DNA of 64,000 nucleotides. It comes from Octopus vulgaris (Eukaryota). Below the pieces are notes generated by a model, which was not told the DNA's origin, searched no databases, and was given only the letters and a program-made list of their open reading frames with translations. Position numbers and translations under genes: made by a program. The stretch is taken from assembly GCA_951406725.2 (NCBI GenBank), contig OX597834.1:46066001-46130000 (forward strand), in the 5' to 3' direction. Positions 42,444-56,706 of the stretch are shown piece by piece. Each line of letters begins with the position of its first letter. Position 1 is the first letter of the stretch.

Positions 42444-42589
42444 CTGTGTGTGTGTGTGTCTGTGTGTGTATGTATATATATATAGATAGATAGACAGATA
42501 GATATGCATATATGTATACATATGTGTATGTATATATACATATATATATAAACACATACGCACACTCAGACACACACACATATATATGC

Positions 42590-42648
<59 letters not shown>

Positions 42649-42697
42649 CACACGTATGTATATGTGTGTGTATTCAGGCATATCTATATACATACAG

Positions 42698-42735
<38 letters not shown>

Positions 42736-43189
42736 ATATGTATGCATATATATATACACAAACACACACGCGCGCGCGCACACACACACACACACACAAA
42801 CCGTATATTCATATATCAAATAACTAAAAAATTATCTTGGAATTGCTTGAGGCAGTGTCATAGATTTCTGACTCCGATTCTGTAATATTGGTCATGGAGT
42901 TGGGGAGGAAGGTCGGGAGTGGGGTACACACCAGATAAAATCGGTGCCGCGCTCCAAATTTGCAGAAAGTTTATAGTTCACATGATTAAGATTTCTGACA
43001 TTTTCTGTATTTAATTTTATCGCTGCAATTTCTTATGTGCGCTTTCCTGCCTTCGTACGTGCATACGTACACAAACTTTGATGTGTGCATCTACAAGCAC
43101 ACACACAAGTGCCTTCGCACACAGATACATACACACATATTTGCGTAACTGTATGCATGGATGTAGGTAGGTAGTTAAGGTAGGACTAT

Positions 43190-43405
43190 ATACTCTTTTA
43201 CGCTTTTACTTGTTTTAGTCATTTGACTGCGGCCATGCTGGAGTATCGCCTTTACTCGAGCAAATCGACCCCAGGACTTATTCTTTGTAAGCCTAGTACT
43301 TATTCTATCGATCTATTTTGCCGACCCGGTAAGTTACGGGGACGTAAACATACCAGCATTGGTTGTCAAGCGATGTTAGGGGGTACAAATACAGACACAC
43401 AAACA
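43190..43405 (-). mobile_element. SINE family A, 3' half
   Basis: ttttacttgtttt.gtcatttgactgcggccatgctggag...taagttacggggacgtaaaca..ccagcat.ggttgtcaagcgatg. Confidence 0.9.
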
Positions 43406-43554
43406 TATATATATATATATGAATATATATATATATGTATGTATTTATGTATGTATGTATGTATGTATCTATGTATGTATGTGTGTATATACATTTGTGC
43501 GTCTGTGTTTGTCCCCCAATTATATAATTATATATAATTATCATTATTATTATT

Positions 43555-43615
<61 letters not shown>

Positions 43616-44024
43616 TCATGTTTTGAGTTCTATTTATCTGTCATATTTTGTCCTACAAAGTATCTACGCATAGATGCATACATAGACCCATATATATGTA
43701 TACATATATGTGTATATAATGTGCTGGTGTTCCTCAGGCAAAATTGTTATATATGAATATAAATATCTTTGTACTATGTTCCAAAACGAACTTCGAATTC
43801 AAGAGTAACCATTTGATATTCAGAAAGTAATACCAGAAAATACGTTTTGTAATTTAGCGTGACGTGCGTGATGAAGAATGCAAAGATGAACTTAGACGTT
43901 GCATTTATCTGCATTTCATGAGCTAATGATGTGCATGTGAGTGTGTGTGTATATGTATGTGTCTGTGTGCATATGAGTGTCTGTGTATGTGTGTGTGTGT
44001 ATGTGTGTATGTGTGTGTGTGTGT

Positions 44025-44420
44025 GTAATTTCAGAGTAAAAGACTGTGGTGAGCAAGTATTCTTTTTTACCCACACAATCTGTGCAATTGATTTCTGTGC
44101 AATGCATCTCATCAACCTCGCTATATTATGCAATATTAAGTATCATTGAAATGACAGTATACCATTGAAATTGCACACGCCAAATCACACTCATCAGAAT
44201 TCGTATTAGAAGTCCTTTGCTAAAATGTCATGAGCCAATGACTTTTATACGTAATTCTGATGAGTTTGATACGGTGTGTGTCATTTCAATAGAGAATTCA
44301 ATAGCTGCAAATATTTTTGCATAATATAGCGAGGTTGATGAGGTCGAATTCGGATGAAACAATTGTAAACTAATGTATTAAAAAGACTAGCTCACTCCAT
44401 TCTTCACGTTTGTAATTTTA
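44025..44420. mobile_element. Foldback/MITE-like ~400-bp imperfect palindrome
   Basis: ctcatcaacctcgctatattatgcaa (44108-44133) versus ttgcataatatagcgaggttgatgag (44317-44342); inner arms actcatcagaatt / aattctgatgagt; degenerate outer arms. Confidence 0.75.
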
Positions 44421-44883
44421 TACGTGTATAAATGTGCATATAGATTGTGGAACACACATATTGAATGAATCCACTTTGCTTGTTCGCCGGATGGCTGCGA
44501 TGCGAGTTCACACGATGGAGATGGGCTTTAAAAGTGTTGTAACACCCAGCGCCTTGAAAGACTCATCTCCCCTGCTTTAGGGCATGACTTACATGCGAAC
44601 ACACAAGGTATATGCATTGAGTATCTGTTCGATAACGTTCACAACATTAGTGTTACAACATACCCGTTCGGTGGACAGTTGTGAATGCAACTGCAGGCGA
44701 ACAGGAACGTGAAACTCTGAGTAACAGTTTTTGTGATGTTTTTGCAGCTTTAATAAAAAAGAAACGACGTGCATTACTCAACCTTCTGTATTCGAGTCCT
44801 AATTTTACAACATTGCATTTATGCGCTTACTCGTGTATATGCATATATGTATATATATATATGTGTTTGTGTGTGTGTGTGTG

Positions 44884-44918
<35 letters not shown>

Positions 44919-45527
44919 AAGTATGGAGAGGGAGAGAGAGAAAGGGCGAGAGTTGGTGAAAAACATAAAAATATAAATCTACTTTAAGAACTCGATTAAC
45001 ACTGGGTCTTTGAACTTTACTATTTTAATACATGATAGAAGATCTAAATGGGGTTAATTAGCATATTTGCTGCATGGCCACAATCAAATGACTGAAACAA
45101 GTAAAACAATATATATAAATATATACATTATACATAAATATATACATTATACATAAATATATACATTATACATAAATATGTATGTATAATCGGTTAAAAC
45201 AAAATACAACACATATGGAAAAAAACAGAAACAGTATAGATTTCACATTTAGCTCACCGTTTAACACTCCCCGACAGCTGTTCCATTAATGCAAACACCA
45301 TGAAATGTATATTAATTGAATGTGATACATATTATCTATTTCGAATAAAATAAATTTTACTTGAATATATTTGAAAAATATATTTACCTAAATTATCAGC
45401 AATAGTATTTTATATAAAACATAAAACTGTTTCTTGTTAAGTATTTATCCCAATTTCGGATTCATAATTTTAACGTTATCTTTATTAAAACAGCTGTTGA
45501 GTAGAAGCAAAGTATGAAATATAAATA

Positions 45528-45565
<38 letters not shown>

Positions 45566-46212
45566 TGTGTTTGTGTGTGTGTGTGTGTGTGCGCGCTATT
45601 AACAGATAAACTATATGTACTTGCTAATGTTATGAACATGTATGCAGTTCCTGTGTATGTATTGAAGAAATTTGATGTCAGAGAATGTTCAGACACACAC
45701 ACGTACGCACGCATGCACACGCACACACACATACACACATGCAAACAAACGGGTAGATATATTTATACATACACATATATATATCTGTTTGTACGTATTA
45801 TGTATGTTTGTATGTATTATGTATGTGTGTATGAATGTATACCAGATTTGTATACATGTATGTATGTATTTATGTATGTATGTATGTATGTATGTATGTA
45901 TTTATGTATGTATGTATGTATGTATGTAGGTATGTATGTATGTATGTATGTATGTATGTATGTATGAATAGTGAGCAAGTTTAGATTTTGCGTAAGAATA
46001 TATCTATGTTTAGATTTGGAAGTTGTTATCGGTATTAAGTATCATATTATATCCTGTAACTTAGCGCTCCGATACGCACACAGATCGATGAAACAAAACA
46101 AACGTAAAGTGAAAATCAATGAAAATACTGAATGCTCTTTTCCGCCATCATTGCATTCCATGTTACAGATAAGCAACAGGAATTAAAGTGTGTGTTACAT
46201 ATGTACTTACAA

Positions 46213-46289
<77 letters not shown>

Positions 46290-46295
46290 TACATA

Positions 46296-46326
<31 letters not shown>

Positions 46327-47039
46327 CACGCACATACGGACATAAGAGATTCGCTTTTTTATGGCGGTTTTATGTGGATAAATACGATGTCCTAATGTTC
46401 AACTTCCGAAATGATTTACTCTTCTTTATCTGAAAAACAATTTCAACTTATTATTAACTCCATTATTGGTAAATATCTGGCCAGTGTGTTTCATGCGTCT
46501 CGCCCTTTCCTCTGTGGATTGAAAGGAACGAAGTCATCTTATGCATTCAATGTATCATTCAATAAATACTTTATCTCTCTTCTTGACGCCGAATATAACA
46601 TCAATTTGTTGCAATTATAGGCGAAGCAAGCCGTGCGCTTCAATCGTTGACGTTATTATTATTTTGTAGTTCATACATATAAACGTTGGCGACTGCCAGT
46701 CCCAAGGGGAATGCAATAGGTACGCCATCACAGTGTCGAATGAGCGGCCGTAGTAATGCTGACTGTGGTGTACTGTAATTTTTCTGGTATATTACAAAAC
46801 TTTGGATGCTTTCTTTCAGATGAAAGCAACGTTTCCTATGTAACGCAATGGAAAAAGGAAAGGAAGTTTCTAGTTTGCTAATAGCATTAGTGTGGTGTTC
46901 ACGAAATTAATCATATCATTAAAATATGGAGTAAACCTATAGAATGTTTCCTATAAAGCTATGCTTGCTATAAATATATGCAAGTGTGCGCGTCTATATG
47001 TGTGAGAGCGTATTTATGTATATATATATATATATATAA

Positions 47040-47090
<51 letters not shown>

Positions 47091-47376
47091 TCCTTATTAA
47101 TATATATATATATATATATATATACGACGGAGTGTATACGTGTTTGTCTAATGTTATATTAAATAAGAGGATATCATTTCATATATCCATGCTTTGTATA
47201 CAGATAGAAAGATATATAAATATATATACGCATTCTTAAATATATATATATATACATGTATATAAGAAATTAAAAAAGGAAAATACGCACACTTACATGG
47301 TTTTAATATAATGTCGTTCATTTTTGGATCTCTAGTTAGTAAAGGGAGAGTTGAATACCTCACTGTTTCTGGGGTC

Positions 47377-48105
47377 AGACTTATTGAAAGACAATATCCA
47401 CCCTCTCTTATCGACGAGGGAATTAAACGTGCCAAACAATTAGAAACAAAAACACTAAGAACAAAAAATCATAGCACCACACCTCAAACCAAAACATTAC
47501 TTTTTATATCAACACACAGCCCCAGAAACAGTGAGGCATTCAACACTAATGTGCAAACTCTTCCTTTGCTAACTAGAGATCCAAAAATGAACGACATCCT
47601 GAAAACACACAAACTCATCAAATGCAAAAATCAAGACAAATCGCTAAAGAGACTACTAACAAATGCGAAGCTTTACAAAACAACCACGAAACCAACGGTT
47701 GAAAAATGTGGACGCCCGAACTGTGGAACCTGCCCCAACCTACTTGAAGGCTCGGATTTCCTTTTCAAACAGGGACAGAGGTTCAGAATTTAAACTAGTT
47801 TCACCTGTGCCTCTGAGAACCTAATTTATGTAATAACCTGCTCGTGTTGCGGTCATCAGTGCATTGGACAAACGTGTTTAACTTTGAGAAAGAGAATCAC
47901 TCTGCATAAGGAGCAAATCTGTTTCCCGCAATACAGAGAAATTCCTCTCAGTGAACACATAGAAAAATGTGCAGGTAACATCAAACCAAATTTCACAGTC
48001 TTCCCTTTCTACCAGTGCAAAGACACAATCTCTCAACTAGAACGCTTAAATAAAGAAACTTTTTTCATTGAAAAATACAAAACACGTCTTAATATGCACG
48101 CATAA
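47377..48105 (+). pseudogene. Penelope-like RT thumb / GIY-YIG ORF remnant (in-frame stop 47791-47793; YIG changed to CIG)
   Basis: ORF-track pieces 47311-47793 and 47884-48105 share a frame and are bridged by NLIY..C..C...CIGQT...R...H. Confidence 0.85.
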
Positions 48106-48384
48106 CCAACTTTTATATTTTTACATATTACATCACTGTACATAAATCCGCTACTAAACAAGGTCTTTTTTAAAACCTGTCTCTTTTTTGTACACATATT
48201 TATTCCCCACCCATTACCAAAACCTGAACAGTTATCTCCCTTACACACAACAATAACAATAATAACAACCAATTACCTCACTTTATTTGTCTACTTGTGA
48301 AGTCATTCACTCGTGAATTTCTTCACACACAACTTGGACCAAATTTCTTCTTAAGAAAAAATATATATTCATATAAATTAAACA

Positions 48385-48423
48385 GTATATCATGAATAGC
48401 GATAGCGAAACCGGTCGATATAT
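48385..48423 (+). ncRNA. Minimal type I hammerhead ribozyme, A3-U8 variant, in the Penelope 3' region
   Basis: GUAUAUC-AUGAAUA-GC(GAUA)GC-GAAA-CCGG-UC/GAUAUAU: 7-bp stem I, 2-bp stem II, palindromic ACCGGU stem III, GUC triplet, same sense as the ORF. Confidence 0.78.
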
Positions 48424-48575
48424 TAAAAATTATGTTAAAACCATGTAAGTGTGCGTACTTTCCTTTTTTAATTTCTTATATACATTACAACCCACAACGT
48501 GGGGACAACCGGAATTCCTCTTTTCTCTGTCTACTATACATGTATATATATATATGTATATATATATGTATGTGG

Positions 48576-48617
<42 letters not shown>

Positions 48618-48620
48618 GTT

Positions 48621-48653
<33 letters not shown>

Positions 48654-49489
48654 ATATATATATGCATATATATACATATATATTTTTTTGTATGTATGTA
48701 TATAAATATGTATGTATATATGTATGTATGCATGCTTGCAGGTGTGCATGTATGCATGTATGTATTTATGTATGTATATATATATATATGCATGTATGTA
48801 CACACCTACATATAAGAGAAAGCAAGAAAGAAAGAAGGAAAGGAAAACAGACAGAAAGAAAGAAAGAAAGAAAGAAAGAGAATAAGCCTTATAAATTTAG
48901 TACCTCAGAGTTATTAGTTTCACCCCACCCCCCTCGTTAATCTTCAGACTGAGATATTTTGGCCTGTTCTATACGTTATTGCAATCATTTGCCTGAGTAG
49001 TGTGGGGCATATTTCCTTCAGAAATTAATATCATTTGCATTTGAATTTAACTGAAATTTGACTTACAACAACAATTTAAAACGTTCGTCCTTCAACGATT
49101 TTCACCTGGAGTAAGGATCGTAGATTGGAATACAGGTGCTGCGTTACTCTGTGAAGGAGCTTTGGATTCTATTCTTCATCCAGGTAGTCGTCTAATACGT
49201 TATATTTAAACTCGTATATGCATTCGTGTGTATATGTATAAATATATGTATTTAACTATGTATAAATGTATGTATATATATATGTATGTATATATAAATA
49301 TATTTATCCATGTATAAATATATATATGTATATATATATATATATAAATGCATTTATCTATGTACAAATATATATATATATATATGTATTTATTTATATA
49401 TATGTATGTATGTATGTATGTATATATGTATATGTATATATATATATACATATATATATATACATATATATATACATACACATACACAC

Positions 49490-49534
<45 letters not shown>

Positions 49535-49977
49535 CATACACATACAGATACATTGATACATATATGCGTAGACATATACAGATATTATTTGTATGTGTAT
49601 ATGTATATGTACATATATGCATATATATATATGTGTGTGTGTAAACATACATATATATACATATATATATATATATGCATATATATTTGTGTGTATATAT
49701 ACATATATGTATATATATATGTATATATATATATATGTAAGAGAAAAAAAGTCTATCAGAAAGGAACTCTATCTCTCTTAAAAAATATCTTTTGATAAGC
49801 ATAACAAATGCGCAACTGGTAAAAAGAACTTTCACAATTAAATACACTCCCCCTTACTTAAATTATTTTGTCAGCATTTTCTTCATTTCCTTTTTTTATA
49901 TATATATGTATATATACATATATGTGTATATATATATATGTATGTATATATATCGATAGATATACACTATATCTATA

Positions 49978-50008
<31 letters not shown>

Positions 50009-50128
50009 TTATAGATAGATATAGGTATAGATATATAATAAGAGTAGAAATTAATATTATATATATATATACATATATATCTATACATAAATATATATAT
50101 ACATGCATATATGTATATATACACAAAT

Positions 50129-50202
<74 letters not shown>

Positions 50203-50489
50203 TATGCACATATACATACTACTTACTTACAAACATACATACATACATAGCACACATAACATATATACATATTCTGGCGACGAATCCGCCATCGTAATCA
50301 CTGCTGATGAATGGCAACTCTTGTTGCAGATGGTGTGAAATTAAGCGAATTACATGCAACATGCATCTCAAGTAGGAACAATAATACGCTTGATCAAGAG
50401 TGCAGTTATTTTTGCCGACCGCCCAACGCTCCGCCGCCGCCATTCAACCAACTAAAAAACAGCTTAAACCATTTCTCGCTTTTCTATCG

Positions 50490-50491
50490 CT

Positions 50492-50537
<46 letters not shown>

Positions 50538-50618
50538 CCTTTCTTTTTCTCTCTCGCTCTCTCACTCTTTTCTCCTCTAGTCTTGATCTCCTCTCCTTCC
50601 CATCAGTTCTATTTCATT

Positions 50619-50688
<70 letters not shown>

Positions 50689-50824
50689 CTCTCTCCCCCT
50701 CTCTTAACATATCGGTCTTTCTCTCTTTGACTGATATTTGCTTCGATCCTTCTTTCCCTCTGTCTCTGTCTGTCACACACACTCTCTCTCTCTTCTCCTC
50801 TATCTGTTTATCTATCTATTTTCA

Positions 50825-50884
<60 letters not shown>

Positions 50885-51002
50885 CCTATCTATCTCTGTT
50901 TCCTATTTCCTTCTCGCTCTGTGTCACTCCCGCTTCAGTCAGCTACTCCTTCTCTTTGCTTTCTCTCTCACTGTCTCATTCACTCTCACCTCTCTCTTTC
51001 TG

Positions 51003-51051
<49 letters not shown>

Positions 51052-51450
51052 TTTCTTTCTTTCTTTCTTTCTCTCTTTCTTACTCTTTCTTGCTTCGACC
51101 TCTCTCATTCTCGCTTCATCTCTCTCAGTTGTTCCCTTCTCTCTCTCTTTCTCTTTCTTTCTTTCCCTCTCCCTCTCCCTCTCCCTCTCTCTCTCTCTTT
51201 GTCGTTTCACCGTCTCCCTTTTTCTCCTTCCTCCACTTCGGTCTCTCCATCATTCTTCTCTCATCTTCCCACCTCTCTCTTTTCTCTCCCTTCCCTTCTC
51301 CGTCTCTTTCATTTCCCCTCTCTCTCTCTCTCTCTCTCTCTTCCTCACTTCCCCGCTCCCATCTCTCTCCAACTCATTCTTCCCCCCCATTCTCATCCAA
51401 TTTTCCTCTCTAACTTTCTCTCTATATCTCTCCACAGCTTCTCTTTCTGG
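50490..51450. repeat. ~1-kb polypyrimidine (CT-rich) low-complexity tract
   Basis: Direct reading; a similar tract lies at ~39480-40130. Confidence 0.9.
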
Positions 51451-51882
51451 ATACGAAACACTCCTGCACGCATCTAAAATAGGTTTTTTCTTCATTTATT
51501 TCTATGATATTTGTTAACGCGATTTCACTTATTTTATCTCTGTAATTCCTTCCAATTTTCGTAGTTCGATCTAATTATGAATACATATTTGTACATGCAC
51601 GTGGATGTGTATAATTCGTGTGCGTGCGTTTGGCTGTGTATTTATTTGTCCATACATATACATACACATATATATAAATATACATATTATAAATGATAAT
51701 AAAATTAGTAGTAGTAGTAGTAGTTGTAGTAGTAGTAGTAGTAGTAGTAGTGTGCAATATATGCATGTGAATATGTATTTGTAGACATTTTTATACATAT
51801 GTGTGTATGTATATGTATATGTATATATATATTTATATATATATATATGTATATATATACATATATATATATATGTATATGC

Positions 51883-51940
<58 letters not shown>

Positions 51941-51957
51941 ATATTTATATATATATA

Positions 51958-52000
<43 letters not shown>

Positions 52001-52149
52001 GTTTATACATGTGTTTTCACTACATGTGTATATAAAATTCCTCAAGGCGGTGCCCCAGCATGGCAGCAGCCAAAATTACAAACAAGTAAATGAAAGAATA
52101 AGAGAAGTCTTCCCAACATCTTCAGTCAAAAGCATTCCTCGCTGCTCCC

Positions 52150-52697
52150 TTATCCTGATGGAAGAAAACCTTTCGTCCTGAAACCAAAGATGATCTTTTG
52201 TCTTCGAGCGCAGGTGTTGATGAATGGTTGAATGACCAAATCCCAGCTTCTTTGCTACTTCCTCAACAGTTCGATGGGATTTTGTTCCATCAAGGTTTGC
52301 AAGATGTTCTCGCTGCACTCTACAGATCTTCCAGAACGAGGCTCATCTTCTAGGCTGTAGTTTCCGGCTCGGAATTTCTGGAACCACCATTGACACTGGC
52401 TTACACTTATTGTCCAATCTCCATCTACTGCATTAATATTCTTCGCACTTTCCCTCGCGTTATTGCCTTTATTGAATCCGTAAACAAAATATGCTGCATA
52501 TGCTCCTTAGTCACTTCCATTATAGCTCTGAAAAAATAATTGTTAAAATCGAACTGCACTCTTCAAAACTTGCACTAAGAATGAGGACAAGGTAAAATTA
52601 CTACCTGATTTTATTGCAAGTTGATGCAGGTAGCTCATCCCGTCCCCCTCCGACATTCAATTGAAAAAGTCGCATCATTTATAGGATTACCCATTAT
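52150..52697 (-). mobile_element. Internally deleted mariner (Tc1/mariner) transposon remnant with 5' TIR-like end
   Basis: ATG at 52520: MEVTKEHMQHILF/FNKGNNARESAKNINAV...SQCQWWFQKFRAGNYSLEDEPRSGR; TVEEVAKKLGFGHSTIHQHLR (HTH); then a jump to [22 protein letters not shown]-flanked TIR-like end at ~52663-52697. Confidence 0.85.
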
Positions 52698-52699
52698 AT

Positions 52700-52743
<44 letters not shown>

Positions 52744-52870
52744 GTAAAATATAATATAATAATAATATAATATTATATTATTTATATATATATGTATATG
52801 AACGTTAAACTAATACATGTTTTTTGTCTACAAACCCGTCTTCATCTTTTGTTTCTTTTTTGTAAATTCT

Positions 52871-52902
<32 letters not shown>

Positions 52903-52952
52903 CATATAATATATTTACGTACCTCTCTATAAGTGTGTGTGTGTGTGTGTGC

Positions 52953-52996
<44 letters not shown>

Positions 52997-53891
52997 TTTT
53001 GTGTTCCTCATTCTTACAGCTAATTTCTCTCGTAAAAAAAGTTGTTACACCTTTAACCTTGATATCTTTAATTAGTTTTCATTGTCAACTTTCTTCTACC
53101 TCGAAGTCTACGTGAAGTTGTTACTGCTGCTGAAACTACTGTCACTACCGTACCATCTACTGCTGCTGCTGGTGACGGTGGTGCTATTCCTTCGTCGTGA
53201 TATTGGAATTCGTAGTAGAGGTGGTAGCGGTGGTGGTGGTGGTGGTGGTGGTGGTGGTGGGGTGCTTGTGCTTATATTCATAGGAGTGGTACAGATTTGG
53301 TATTGCTGTTGTTGCTGTTGGCGTTGCTGTTGTTGTTGTTGTTTTGTTGTTGTTGTTGCTGCTAGTGGTGTTGATAGTGATTGTGGTGGTGGTGAGCGTG
53401 ATATTTGTGCCGTCGGTAGAGAAGATGGTAATATTGCTGTTTGCGATAGGCAAAGCACCAGTAGTATTAGTATTAGTATTCTTCTTCTTACTATTATTAT
53501 TATTAGTATTAGTAGTGGTGGTGGTGGTGGTGGTGGTGGTGGTGGTAGTAGTAGTGGTGGTGGTGGTGGTGGTGGTGGTGGTGGTGGTGATGGTATTCTG
53601 ATGGTAGTGGTGGTATTAGTGGTGATGGTAATAGCAGTGCTTGTAGTGGTTATTGTAACTGTACTAGTTTCATGCCAGCGTCAATGTTTGTGGTGGAGGA
53701 GGTGGTGGTGGTGGTGTAAGTGATGATAAACATGTTCTTGGAATTTACGTTCTTACATGTTCTGTTTTTAATTTTATATATATATTATATATATATATTT
53801 ATGTTTGTGTGTGTGTATTATATATATATATGTATATATATTATATATATTATACATATATATCTATGTGTTTGTGTGTGTATTATATATT

Positions 53892-53928
<37 letters not shown>

Positions 53929-54002
53929 ATGTGTGTGTGTGTGTGTGTGTGCATGTATATATAATTGTGTGTGTGTGTATATATGCATACACACACACAC
54001 AA

Positions 54003-54074
<72 letters not shown>

Positions 54075-54364
54075 TGTTCTATTTGGTTCGTGACAAAGAA
54101 TGATGTGAAGCGGCGTTTACAGGTTGCTGTAACCAAACTTTGCCAAATGATACGCGTAGAAGGGGATGGTGGACGGATGTCTCGAAGAATTCACAGGAAT
54201 AACGCATTACAAAATCATACAAAAAGGAAAAAAAGAAACAAAAAGTAAAGGAAAAGCGAAAGAGAAGAAATCCACAGATGGAGAGCGCAGAGACACACTC
54301 TTTCACATAGTTTTACAGAAAAGCGGAATACGCAGACACGTACATACGCATGTGTATGGATGTG

Positions 54365-54424
<60 letters not shown>

Positions 54425-54507
54425 AACTAATGGTATTAAGTTATTTTGATAAAAAGGAGAAGTTTATTGTCTACAAGAAAAATTATTCACGGGGATGATG
54501 ACAGTGT

Positions 54508-54558
<51 letters not shown>

Positions 54559-54644
54559 GTAGACGCAGAGATAGAAAAATATAAATAGCTATATAGAGAG
54601 TTATGCATAAATATATATATATACATATTCTCTTGTTTTTTGAC

Positions 54645-54975
54645 TTTCTTTTACTTGTTTCAGTCAGCCTAGTACTTACTCTATCGGGTTTTTTTGCCTA
54701 ACCGGTAAATTACGGGGACGTAAACACACCAACATCGGTTGTCTAGCGATGTTGGGGGGGAGACAAACACAGACACACAAACATATACACACACATGCAT
54801 ATACATATATATAAATACATATATACGACGGACTTCTTTCAGTTTCCGTCTAACAAATCCCCTCACAAGGCTTTGGTCAGACTGAGGCTATAGTAGAAGA
54901 TACTTGCGCAAGGTGCCACGCAGAGGGACTGAACCCAGAACCATGTGGTTGGTAAGCAAGCTACTTACCACACAC
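54645..54975 (-). mobile_element. SINE family A
   Basis: Same conserved blocks, with an internal deletion near the tail. Confidence 0.88.
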
Positions 54976-55962
54976 ATATATAAATATATACACACACACA
55001 CACACACACACACTCACACATACAAGCGCACACACATACACATTTGCATGTATCCATGGACCTTTAAGTTTTGCCGGTGGTGGATTGCGCAAACGTACAG
55101 GCAATTATGCACATTTATATAAATACCGACATACACTCTATACGTACATATGTATGTGTGTGTATGTGTGTGTGTACTGAGAAATGCACACGCGCCTACA
55201 CACTAAGAATTACATATGTATATATATATACATATATAAAAAAAGTTATAATATACCTATGTGTCTATATCCATACATACATACATATATATATATACAT
55301 ACATATATATATACATATATATATATGTATGTATATATACGTATATATATATAAACAAGCATGTCTATTGCAACACAAAATAGGTTATGACCATATAAGG
55401 CATGTTTTTTGTTAACGATCGCGCGTCTTAACTGAATGCGTGTGTGTTTGTGTGTATATTACATCGAGACAGAGGACGGCGAAAGTGAAAGTAGTATAGC
55501 GAATGAGAAGGATAGACAGAAATAAAGAGAGAGAGACAGAGATAGAGAGAGAGACAGAGAGGAAGAAAGAGAGAGAGACAGAGAGATAGAGACAAAGAGG
55601 AAGAGAGAGAGAGAGAAAGAAATAAAGAGAGAGGTGAGAGACTGATAGATGTATGTAAAATAGAGAGAGGAAAGTGTTTCGCTTCTTTTTTTTTTGTTTT
55701 CTCTACCTTAGTTACCTGTCCGTTTCTGTGTTGAGTAGCGAAAACCGGCGTGATTCGGGTGTTGTCGTGCTGTTGAGGGGTTCGAAACTCAGGTGTATTC
55801 CAGCTATGTCTGGGTATGTGTGGGTGTTTGTGCTTGAGTGTATGTGTTATATGTCGGTGAGTAGGTGTGTGAGGATGCGTTTGTTTACGCTTGGATGTAG
55901 AGTTCTGTGTATGTTGGTATGCATGGAATGAATGTGACAGTAGTGTCATGTGTGTGTATGTG

Positions 55963-56007
<45 letters not shown>

Positions 56008-56291
56008 TTGTGTGTATATGTTCGTATGTGCATATATAAATATATATATACTTGTGTATCTACGTGTGTATGTATATATGTATATATTTATTTGTTCGAG
56101 TGTGTTTATGTGTGTATGGTACGTATGTGTAAGAGCGTGTATTTAAATGTGGAGGTGTGTGTGGTGGTGTGTGAATCTATGTGTGCTGGCTGTGTGTGTG
56201 TGTTATTCTTTAGTATGGAATATGTGAATAATTGTGTATATGTATGTGCGTGTCACACCTGTGTGTGGTACTTAGTATGTGTGTGCGTGTC

Positions 56292-56332
<41 letters not shown>

Positions 56333-56555
56333 CAGGTGTTTAGCTTTGCGATGTATGTGCGTGTGCGTAATTGACGATGTGCGAATGTATGTTTACGTAT
56401 GATTACGTGCGTGTGTGTAAATGTGTGTGTAAATGTCTGTTTTCTACGTGTGTGCTTGGTGTGCATCAGTGGAAATATGTACGCGCGTGTATATATGCAT
56501 GTGTATCTGTGTGCACGTGAGTGTGTGTGCGTGTATATTTAACACAGATACAAAG

Positions 56556-56594
<39 letters not shown>

Positions 56595-56662
56595 ATGCAT
56601 GTATACATGTTTGGCACATGTGTGAGTGAATGATACTCTTTCTTTATTTATGCGCGCACACG

Positions 56663-56706
<44 letters not shown>

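Larger units (their letters stand above)
47256..48535 (+). mobile_element. 5'-truncated Penelope-like element (Neptune-like): RT thumb, Cys-rich linker, GIY-YIG endonuclease, 3' pLTR with hammerhead; inverted composite at the 5' end
   Basis: LIERQYPPSLIDEGIKRAK...KCGRPNCGTC...FRI*TSFTCASENLIYVITCSCCGHQCIGQTCLTLRKRITLHK...LSEHIEKC...ERLNKETFFIEKY, all in one frame. 47256-47312 is the reverse complement of 48429-48485. Confidence 0.9.

Noticed and set aside
44335-44372. UUGAUGA...GAAACAAUUGUA hammerhead-like motif in the foldback arm
   Set aside because: No stem I pairing and an irregular stem II; probably chance.
45119-45178. Short tandem repeat (19-bp unit, about 3 copies); also 18-bp duplication at ~63343-63378 and 13-bp duplication at ~23928-23953
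   Set aside because: Ordinary slippage duplications in AT-rich DNA.
50400-51517. 337-aa and 259-aa Ser/Leu-rich ORFs
   Set aside because: The CT-rich tract cannot encode stops; compositional artefact.
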